From positions 1 through 40,302 of the forward strand of contig CAZNFB010000001.1 in assembly GCA_964572105.1 (NCBI GenBank): a stretch of 40,302 nt of DNA, given 5' to 3'. Positions 1 to 7,402 of this stretch are shown one piece after another (the first letter of the stretch is position 1; each line of letters starts with the position of its first letter). The notes under the pieces were generated by a model that was not told the origin of the DNA, searched no databases, and saw only the letters and a list, made by a program, of their open reading frames with translations. The translations under genes and the position numbers were made by a program. The DNA is from an uncultured Desulfobacteraceae bacterium (GTDB taxonomy: Bacteria > Desulfobacterota > Desulfobacteria > Desulfobacterales > BuS5).

Positions 1-69
1 GAGAGAGAAAGACATTACAATACTCTGGCAATCGATAACGGAGTGAAATTATTTATGTGACGACCTGTA
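1..69 (+). mobile_element. MITE-like repeat R1, copy A (left part cut by window edge)
   Basis: Ends with gtgaaattatttatgtgacgacctg+ta. This aligns to the right end of copies B, D and E. The upstream part gagagagaaagacattacaatactctgg aligns to the internal hairpin region. It lies 14 nt beyond the stop of the minus-strand gene 84..722. Confidence 0.6.
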
Positions 70-83
70 TGCTGCTTCTATTT

Positions 84-722
84 TTAAAAGGTGAGGATAA
101 TACCAGGAACATCTGTTGTTACCTCAGCTTTTAAATCGACTTGTCGGCAGGTTCTGTTTATTTCAGCCCATTTGGGTGAACTAATAATTTTTTCGACAAG
201 ATCGTTCTCTTGCGTGTCTGTATTGTCGCACCTGAATTTAATGGTGCCACCTGCCACTATAACCGATATTTTTGCACCTGGTTTTAAAATATTTACAAGA
301 GATTTAATGCAAAGATATGCAGCAACCTGAAAAAGGACAGGGTCTGTCAGGAGAGAGGGTTGCTTTTCGGTCTCTTTAATTGTTATTTCAACCCCTTTTA
401 ATTTTGTAATTCTTCCAGTCAGGAAAATTAATCTTTTTAAAGTCTCATTTATGTTGATATGCGCCTCAACATGATCCGTAGTATGGGAAAAGCCATTAAG
501 CTTTGACGTGAGGTTGACCCCCCGGGAAACCTGTTTTTTAATACTGCCAAGACTTTTGTGCAACCTTTCACCAAGCTCGGATTCGCTGCTTTGGCCCATT
601 AAAAGGATGTCTTCCATGAGACCTGAATTTTCTTTGATAATTGCCAAAACGTTCTGCAGTTCATGGGTTACGGATGCAGTTATTTCACCAAAAAAAGCTG
701 CTTTACCTTTACTATTTTCCAT
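84..722 (-). CDS. HisKA-domain protein with a degenerate or absent ATP-binding domain (histidine-kinase-like)
   Basis: H-box ITASVTHELQNVLAII near the N-terminus. I could not see N, G1 or G2 boxes in the C-terminal half. GGAG lies upstream of the ATG. Last gene of the kinase/regulator operon. Confidence 0.6.
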   Translation of the reverse strand: MENSKGKAAFFGEITASVTHELQNVLAIIKENSGLMEDILLMGQSSESELGERLHKSLGSIKKQVSRGVNLTSKLNGFSHTTDHVEAHININETLKRLIFLTGRITKLKGVEITIKETEKQPSLLTDPVLFQVAAYLCIKSLVNILKPGAKISVIVAGGTIKFRCDNTDTQENDLVEKIISSPKWAEINRTCRQVDLKAEVTTDVPGIILTF

Positions 723-742
723 TAACTGGCTCCATAAATTAA

Positions 743-1114
743 CTATAAATTTAAGGCAAGAGAAATTTTATTAATCAATTCGCTGATATCAAGGGGTTTC
801 ATCAGATAGTCAAATGCCCCAAGACGCATCCCTTCCATCCCTTCCTTTGTTGAACCGTGACCGGTCAGCAAAATCACAGGGATCTTACTGTTAATTACTT
901 TTATTTGCCTGAGAGTTTCAAGCCCGCTCAATCCCGGCATCATAAGATCAAGAATAACAATATCAAAAGCTTCGCTTTCAACCATACTGATCCCTGCTTC
1001 GCCGTCTTCTGATGTTTTAGAAGAATACCCTCGCAATTCGAGCCTTTCTGCAAGAGTTGATACAAACTCTGCTTCATCATCAATGAGCAAAATTTTAATG
1101 TTTTTATTATTCAT
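743..1114 (-). CDS. Single-domain response regulator (CheY-like receiver)
   Basis: 123 aa. ILLIDDE acidic pocket, phospho-acceptor context IVILDLMMPGLSG, and LTGHGS...K. No output domain. Confidence 0.9.
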   Translation of the reverse strand: MNNKNIKILLIDDEAEFVSTLAERLELRGYSSKTSEDGEAGISMVESEAFDIVILDLMMPGLSGLETLRQIKVINSKIPVILLTGHGSTKEGMEGMRLGAFDYLMKPLDISELINKISLALNL

Positions 1115-2823
1115 ATTTTCGCCTCCATGTTTGAGTCAGCTTTTGCCGGAAGCGTTACTGTAAAAACAGTCCCTTCTCCTTCAACGCTGTCCACGGTGAT
1201 TTGTCCGCCAAGTTTTCTTACTATACCATAAGTTATTGAAAGTCCAAGACCGGTTCCTCTTTCCTTTTTTGTTGAGAAAAACGGGTCAAAAATATTTTTA
1301 ATAATATTTTCAGGAATACCACACCCATTATCACTGATCCTGATCAATACACCGGCATCCTCATAATTTTCTGAAGCTATGGTAATAATTCCTCCATCTT
1401 CGACTGCTGCAAAAGCATTTGTCAAAAGATTGAGTAATGCCTGCTGGATTAGTCCATAGTCTGATAAAATGGATTCCAGAGAATCGAGAAGCTTGAGCCT
1501 GAGATCAATTCTCCTGTATATTGCATCCCGCTCAAGGAATCCAAGTACTTCATGAATTATTTCGTTAATATTGATGGTTTCTATTTTTATATCAATCCGC
1601 TTAGAAAAGCCGAGGAGCCGATGGGTTATTTTTTTACATCTTCCCACGGAATTGACAATCGACTCAGTAAGTTTTTCGAACTTTTGTTTATTGCTGAGCT
1701 CAGTTGACAGTTCAACAAGGTCTTTCATGAGCCCTGCTTTTTCATTAATTATGGCAAGGGGATTATTTATCTCGTGGGCAATTCCGGCGGCCAAACGACC
1801 TATTGAGGAAAGCTTCTGTGTGTGTTGAAGTTCAATAAGGGCATTCTTTCTTTTTCTATCAGATTCCCGGACTCTTTTCACAAGCATCTTAGTCATCCAT
1901 AAAATGGAAAAAACAATAATGACTAAACTTACCGCAAACACAAAAAACAGCTCAGTCTTGAGGGCATGCCATGATTGCAGAGCCACTGATTGCGGCTGCA
2001 CTATTACAAGGATATAATCTGCAATGGAGACCCCCGCACTGACAACAATAATATCACGATTATTTTCATCAGTACTTTCAACAATATTAGATTTGAATTT
2101 GTCATGGGGGATTTTAAAAGGACATTGTTCAAGGGTGCGTCCGTAATGTAATGAATGTGTTTGAAAAACTCCATCACCGTTTATAAGGAATACATCGCTT
2201 TGTGTATCAAACCCCATACTGCTGATGAGAACGTCAAAAAATTCTGTATCCAGAGTGGCCCTCAATATCCATGTTTGACCATCATCGGTCAATCGTTGAA
2301 CAGCAATAACAATATGTGGAAATTTCCTGTATCCCAAAAATACATTACTGATATATTTATTTTTTATCTGTGTTTCCTGAAAAAAGGTTTGGGATGAATA
2401 GTTTTTCCCCAAAAGAGAATAGGGGCCTGCATAGGAGATAAGATCTCCTTTAGAATTAATCAGACCAAGATCCACAAAGCCGCTGAACTCTTTTTTTAAA
2501 AAAATCAGTATCTCCCTGATTCTTTGTTCTTTGGAGAGTTCTTCGAAACTATAGGCGGTTGAAATAAAACGTATGGTGGACAGCCTTTGTTCCATGAAAA
2601 GCTCAAAAGAGTGTGCTGCCTTGTGTGCCATTGAAAGAAGCGGCGCGGTGATCTGACTTTTAAGATGGGCCCTGTATTGAAAATGACTGATTATTATCAT
2701 GGTTGCAAGGGGAATTATTGTAATTGAAAGCATGATTAAAATAATATTTCTTTTCAGCACAAAGTAATGATGGGAAGGCCCTTTTCTAGTATTATCTAAG
2801 ACACTCATAAGCTTTTTATACAT
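1111..2823 (-). CDS. Membrane sensor histidine kinase (extracytoplasmic sensor domain, HisKA, HATPase_c)
   Basis: 570 aa. Two hydrophobic segments flank a sensor region of about 250 aa. H-box [13 protein letters not shown]-box LLNLLTNA, G1 DNGCGI, G2 GTGLGLS. The stop overlaps the start of the receiver gene. Confidence 0.9.
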   Translation of the reverse strand: MYKKLMSVLDNTRKGPSHHYFVLKRNIILIMLSITIIPLATMIIISHFQYRAHLKSQITAPLLSMAHKAAHSFELFMEQRLSTIRFISTAYSFEELSKEQRIREILIFLKKEFSGFVDLGLINSKGDLISYAGPYSLLGKNYSSQTFFQETQIKNKYISNVFLGYRKFPHIVIAVQRLTDDGQTWILRATLDTEFFDVLISSMGFDTQSDVFLINGDGVFQTHSLHYGRTLEQCPFKIPHDKFKSNIVESTDENNRDIIVVSAGVSIADYILVIVQPQSVALQSWHALKTELFFVFAVSLVIIVFSILWMTKMLVKRVRESDRKRKNALIELQHTQKLSSIGRLAAGIAHEINNPLAIINEKAGLMKDLVELSTELSNKQKFEKLTESIVNSVGRCKKITHRLLGFSKRIDIKIETININEIIHEVLGFLERDAIYRRIDLRLKLLDSLESILSDYGLIQQALLNLLTNAFAAVEDGGIITIASENYEDAGVLIRISDNGCGIPENIIKNIFDPFFSTKKERGTGLGLSITYGIVRKLGGQITVDSVEGEGTVFTVTLPAKADSNMEAKI

Positions 2824-3169
2824 TTTTCCCTTCTATTTGTCGCTGGCTGAGGATATCTCCAGAAGTCAAAGACTTGTCCATCCACTTTTCAAATACCACG
2901 GGCCATGCCCCTGAAACCGCATCAAATATAGTAATTTTTTTCCATGCCAGAAATTGGTAATATTCATCTTCAATTGCCCCGCATATGAGGGTATTAATAT
3001 TTTCCAGAATTATAAGATGACACAGCTTTTCAGCAGAACGGGGCAAAACCATTGCTTTTTTTTCCACACTATTATCCTTTGAAACCATAATAATAAGAAC
3101 TTCAGTAACAAGATCAAAACGTGGGGCAACATCATCCATGTACAGAGGAATAATTATTTTATGCATCAT
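2816..3169 (-). CDS. NifB/NifX-family (dinitrogenase FeMo-cofactor-binding-like) small protein
   Basis: 117 aa. Resembles the NifX/NifB C-terminal fold family (VAPRFDL..., LICGAI). Overlaps the kinase start by 8 nt. Family assignment is from memory. Confidence 0.6.
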   Translation of the reverse strand: MMHKIIIPLYMDDVAPRFDLVTEVLIIMVSKDNSVEKKAMVLPRSAEKLCHLIILENINTLICGAIEDEYYQFLAWKKITIFDAVSGAWPVVFEKWMDKSLTSGDILSQRQIEGKNV

Positions 3170-3482
3170 AACCAGAGACTATCCTTGTAAAAATTGGGGT
3201 TGGTTATAACTTTGGCCATTAGATGTCAGAGCAGAAGTATGGTGAAATCTGAACTAAGGGCTCGCTCAAAAGTTACATAAAATTAAAAATAATTTTGTCT
3301 CAAAATGTATCCTAATGCTTCAAAAAAGTATATAACAAAATAAAACAGTGTTCACCATAGTGTTTGCCATTCGACATTAAATCAGTATGTTAGATGAAAA
3401 ATATCCTTTATCTAAAATGTTGTTTTTTTGTATTGCACCTTTCTGAATGGATAAAATACTAAATCATTTTTTATGGCCCCGA

Positions 3483-4910
3483 TTATTGATCTATTTTATA
3501 TTGTTTCATCTTTCTCCACAATGTACTTCGCCCCCATCCAAGACTCTGTGCCGCTATATTTTTTTTACCTTTTGCCTTGATAAGTGCATCCATTATCATC
3601 TCCCTTTCAGCAGATGCCCATGTTTTTGATGTTTTTAAATTTGAACCATCCACGGGAGTATCTATTTGTATTATATTCTTTTCATTATCAGACAAAAAAG
3701 ACTCAATGTGATGCTGAGTTAAAACAGGGGATTGCTCAAACAGATATGAGGGAAGATGATCAGACTCAATTAATGGACCCGTTGTAATATTAACAGCATA
3801 TTCAACTATATTTTTTAATTCTCTGATATTTCCTTCATAAGTATACCCAAGAAGAATATTTAAGGCTTCCATGGAAAAACCGGTTATTTTTTTTTCAAGC
3901 TGTTTTGCATAGTTATCAAGAAAATAATCAAGAAGGAGTCTTGTATCCCCTTCTCTTTTTCTTAAAGGGGGCAGATGTATTCGTGCAACATTCAGCCTGA
4001 AAAGGAGGTCTCGCCTGAAATTGCCTTTCTTTACCATTGATTCAAGGTTTCTATGGGTTGCGGCAACCATTCTTACATTGGCATTAAATCCTTTTGTACC
4101 CCCCAATGGATAAATGATTTTGTCATCAAGAAATGTTAAAAGTTTTACCTGGAGAGAAAGGGGAAGGTCACCTATTTCCGTTAAAAAAATGGTACCGTTA
4201 TGGGCAAGCCTGAATCTGCCTGGCTTATTTTCAACCGCCCCTGTAAAAGCCCCTTTCTGATGCCCGAATATTTCAGATTCAAGAAGAGTTTCCGGGAGAG
4301 CGCCACAGTTTATTTTAACAAAGGGCCCGGAGGCCCGCTCCGAGGTCTGGTGAATTGCTTCGGCAACAAGATCTTTTCCTGTTCCTGTTTCCCCTGTAAT
4401 TAAAACAGACACATCACTTTGAGCAAGTATGGGGAGAGTCTGAAATATTTTTTCCATTTGACTGCTTCTGCCGATAATGTTCGCAAAACTGTATGCAACA
4501 TTTTTTTTTATATCAAATGTTTTTGAATTTCTAATATCTTCAACAGTTTCAATGAATCCGGCTCTTTTTCCATTGACATCAAAGATAGGCGCAGTTGTTA
4601 TTCTGACCGAAAAACGTTGTCGATCCAGATTAATCATATCACTTTCACAGGAAATTGTTCTGTCACCATGACCCATTTTTAAAACAGGACAATTCGTGAT
4701 GCACGCAACACTTCTAAGAATATTGCGGCAGTGAATTCCATATGCGCGGGAAATCGAAAACCCCGACAGAGCTTCAAATGCCCTGTTTAAAAAAACTATT
4801 CTGCAGTCAAGATCCAGAATTAATACCCCAAGTGGTATTTCGTCAACAAGATGTAGAAAATCGAGGGAGTTTGAAAAAAGATTCTTAATATGGGCGTGGG
4901 GAAAATTCAT
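3483..4910 (-). CDS. Sigma-54-dependent transcriptional activator (PAS, AAA+, Fis-type HTH)
   Basis: Walker A GETGTGKD, GAFTGA loop (HQKGAFTGA), ESEIFGH, C-terminal HTH (AAQSLGWGRSTLWRKMKQY). N-terminal PAS-like region carries several Cys (HCRNILRSVACITNCPV). No receiver domain. Confidence 0.92.
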   Translation of the reverse strand: MNFPHAHIKNLFSNSLDFLHLVDEIPLGVLILDLDCRIVFLNRAFEALSGFSISRAYGIHCRNILRSVACITNCPVLKMGHGDRTISCESDMINLDRQRFSVRITTAPIFDVNGKRAGFIETVEDIRNSKTFDIKKNVAYSFANIIGRSSQMEKIFQTLPILAQSDVSVLITGETGTGKDLVAEAIHQTSERASGPFVKINCGALPETLLESEIFGHQKGAFTGAVENKPGRFRLAHNGTIFLTEIGDLPLSLQVKLLTFLDDKIIYPLGGTKGFNANVRMVAATHRNLESMVKKGNFRRDLLFRLNVARIHLPPLRKREGDTRLLLDYFLDNYAKQLEKKITGFSMEALNILLGYTYEGNIRELKNIVEYAVNITTGPLIESDHLPSYLFEQSPVLTQHHIESFLSDNEKNIIQIDTPVDGSNLKTSKTWASAEREMIMDALIKAKGKKNIAAQSLGWGRSTLWRKMKQYKIDQ

Positions 4911-4932
4911 AATATCTGTAAAAAAACGTAAA

Positions 4933-5053
4933 TATAGATTGTCAAATAATAACCCTGTTTAAAAATTAGGCACAAGGCCAAAGGGAGGAAGGCGTATTAT
5001 AATAATACACAGGGGTCGACAATGGAGTTAAATTATTTATGTGACGATCTATA
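4933..5053 (+). mobile_element. MITE-like repeat R1, copy B (full length, 121 bp including TA flanks)
   Basis: Left ta+tagattgtca, right tgacgatcta+ta (inverted repeat, 1 mismatch). Internal hairpin gcgtatt-ataat-aatacac. About 85 percent identical by eye to copy D over its whole length. Confidence 0.8.
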
Positions 5054-5058
5054 TAGTT

Positions 5059-5090
5059 AAAAAAAATCAACACTGGGCCATAGCCCAGTG
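5059..5090 (-). terminator. Rho-independent terminator of the minus-strand mutase operon
   Basis: Perfect 8-bp stem cactgggc/gcccagtg with a 4-nt loop. On the minus strand it is followed by ttga plus a run of 8 T. About 70 nt downstream of the stop at 5163. Confidence 0.7.
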
Positions 5091-5162
5091 ACCAGATAAA
5101 AACAGGCCACTAGACTGAAAAAATCCTATACAATGCTAATGCATTATTCCCAGATTTTAAAA

Positions 5163-6899
5163 TTAAAGAAACGAATCCGTTGTCCACTCTCCAAATATAT
5201 TTCTTAGAACATCACACTGCTCCTGAAGTGAAGCGTAGGCTTTGGACAGATCAATAAAAAGAGGCATTAAATTTTTACTCTCATCTTTTGCAGCCACCTC
5301 CAGCTCCTTTAGAAGCCGTGTAACCTCACGGTTATCCCTTGTACGTTTAACCTCTTTCAGATTAGTGATCTGTTTCTGCTCTGCTGCATACCTGTTCTCT
5401 TCTGAATAAGGATGCTCAATCATCTTACTGGTGGTGACATCAAGCTCATAATCTTCTGTAAAGCAGTTTACCCCAACCAAAAGAGTCTCCCTGTTATCTA
5501 TCTTTTTTTGCCGGTCAGCAGCACTTCTTGAAACAGCCTGCTGCATGTAGCCTGTTTCTATTGCTTTAACTGCTCCCCCCATTGTCTCAATCCGATCGAT
5601 CTCTTTCCAGGCTGCTTCTTCAGTTTCAGTGGTCAACGCCTCCATAAAGTAAGAACCTGCAAATGGATCTAGAACATCACACATATTTGTTTCATACATT
5701 AAAATTCTTGTGGCGTCTTCAGCAAGCTGACGTGCTTCAAGGCTCCATCCCAGCCCCAGAGGTTCATCATAGGGAGGAAATGCCATGGGTGGACCCCCTG
5801 ATAAGACACCGGCCATACCCCCCACAACCCCTCTGCTCAAATTGTTTAATGCCCGCTGTTTTGTTGTACTGCTGCAGCCTATGTGAGCAAAAATTGGAAC
5901 CCGAATCCTCATACTGTTGGGGTTTTTTGCTCCGAACCTCTCTTTTACAATTTTAGCCCACATTCTGCGTGCTGCCCTGTGAAAGGCAATCTCCTTATAA
6001 ACCTCCAGGCTCCCTCCAAATCCATTAAAGGTAAATTTTGGAGCAAAATCATCTATATCTACTCCGGCATTAATACCCTCCTGGAGATAAGCAATCCCTA
6101 TGGACATGGCAAAAGCAAGCTCTTCTTCCCTTGATGCTCCGCCTTCACGAATATGATACCCCCCTATACTCGTAATATTTATTCCAGGAAGATGCTCTGT
6201 GAAAAAGACAAGACTGTCTCTGAACATCCGCATGGAAGGCTTTGGAGGATATATATAGGTACCCCGTGAAACAAATTCTTTTAATATATCATTTTGCGGT
6301 GTACATTTTAATTTTGACCAGGAGACCCCCCTTTTATCGGCAAGGGAAAGATAATTTGAAACCATCATACTTGCAGCGGCATTATTGGTAACATTTGTGG
6401 CAATTTTGTCCAGTTCCTGTTTTTCTGTAAATGCCTCAAATATAACCTCAAAATCCCTTAGAGTATCCACTGCCACACCAACTTTGCCGACTTCCCCTTC
6501 CATCTCCGGATTATCGGAATCATATCCGCACTGGGTGGGTAGATCCTGGGCAAGATTCGGACCTCCCAGCCAGTTTAATTTTTTCATCTCAAGATAGTAA
6601 TCTCTGGTATCTTCAGGGGTGCCGTAGCCTGAATATCCCCCTGCTCTCCTCAACCCTCCGGGTTTTGAACCCCTTCTGATATCAGGAACAAGACTCACCG
6701 CATATGGTGCCGCTGTATACGGATATTGCCCTGGAAATCCAACATCTCTTAGAAAATCAAAATCAGGTATTTCATCAGGGGAATGAAATTCCGTGGGACG
6801 GTCCTCCATTCTGAATCTTTTGGCAGAAGGGGCGCGTACCTTTTCTTCCCACACCTTACGAACCTTTTTTACTTCTTCCAGTTTTTTATCATTATCCAT
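5163..6899 (-). CDS. Coenzyme-B12-dependent acyl-CoA mutase, large (substrate-binding) subunit; divergent methylmalonyl-CoA-mutase family
   Basis: Family motifs PQNDILKEFVSRGTYIYPPKPSMR, GGYHIREGGAS, CGYDSDNPE. I prefer the ATG at 6899 (AAGGAG 10 nt upstream) over the TTG at 6920 in the ORF track. Confidence 0.88.
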   Translation of the reverse strand: MDNDKKLEEVKKVRKVWEEKVRAPSAKRFRMEDRPTEFHSPDEIPDFDFLRDVGFPGQYPYTAAPYAVSLVPDIRRGSKPGGLRRAGGYSGYGTPEDTRDYYLEMKKLNWLGGPNLAQDLPTQCGYDSDNPEMEGEVGKVGVAVDTLRDFEVIFEAFTEKQELDKIATNVTNNAAASMMVSNYLSLADKRGVSWSKLKCTPQNDILKEFVSRGTYIYPPKPSMRMFRDSLVFFTEHLPGINITSIGGYHIREGGASREEELAFAMSIGIAYLQEGINAGVDIDDFAPKFTFNGFGGSLEVYKEIAFHRAARRMWAKIVKERFGAKNPNSMRIRVPIFAHIGCSSTTKQRALNNLSRGVVGGMAGVLSGGPPMAFPPYDEPLGLGWSLEARQLAEDATRILMYETNMCDVLDPFAGSYFMEALTTETEEAAWKEIDRIETMGGAVKAIETGYMQQAVSRSAADRQKKIDNRETLLVGVNCFTEDYELDVTTSKMIEHPYSEENRYAAEQKQITNLKEVKRTRDNREVTRLLKELEVAAKDESKNLMPLFIDLSKAYASLQEQCDVLRNIFGEWTTDSFL

Positions 6900-6970
6900 G
6901 GGTGATTTTCTCCTTATCAATCCATAAAATTAAAGCCGTTTTCATTAATCAAGAAATAATTTTTTTTATA

Positions 6971-7372
6971 TTATTTGCGCACATGCTCTCTTATATAAGT
7001 TACAATTTCATCCATCATAGTACCTGGACCGAAGATCTCTGAAATACCCTTCTCTTTTAATATGGGTATATGATCATCCGGTATTATGCCGCCCCCTATA
7101 ACCAGAATCTCTTCAGCCTTCTTCTCCTTTAAAAGATCAATGACTTTTGGAAAAAAGGTTAAATGTGCACCTGATAAACAGCTAAGCCCGATAACATCAA
7201 CATCCTCCTGTAAAGCTGCTTTTACAATCTTTTCTGCTGATTGCCTTCTCCCTGTATAGATTACCTCCATACCATGATCTCTAAGTCCAAAAGCAAGAAC
7301 CTTTGCACCACGGTCATGTCCGTCGAGTCCTGGTTTGGCTATGATGACTCTAATTTTTTTTTCTTCGTCCAT
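6971..7372 (-). CDS. Acyl-CoA mutase small subunit (cobalamin-binding domain)
   Basis: 133 aa. DxHxxG cobalamin-ligand motif (GLDGHDRGAKV), SxL (GLSCLSG) and GG (VIGGGIIP). AGGAGG upstream of the ATG. Confidence 0.9.
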   Translation of the reverse strand: MDEEKKIRVIIAKPGLDGHDRGAKVLAFGLRDHGMEVIYTGRRQSAEKIVKAALQEDVDVIGLSCLSGAHLTFFPKVIDLLKEKKAEEILVIGGGIIPDDHIPILKEKGISEIFGPGTMMDEIVTYIREHVRK

Positions 7373-7402
7373 AAAAATCCTCCTAAAATAATAAAATAAA
7401 TA

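Noticed and set aside
6900-6920. Longer N-terminal extensions given by the ORF track: TTG at 6920 for the mutase, ATG at 12005 for the HD protein, TTG at 14611 for the peptidase, TTG at 32895 for rluD, and GTG at 35565 for the orphan ORF.
   Set aside because: In each case a downstream ATG fits better, either through Shine-Dalgarno spacing, by avoiding a 50-nt gene overlap, or by giving a typical N-terminus or signal peptide. The choices remain unverified.
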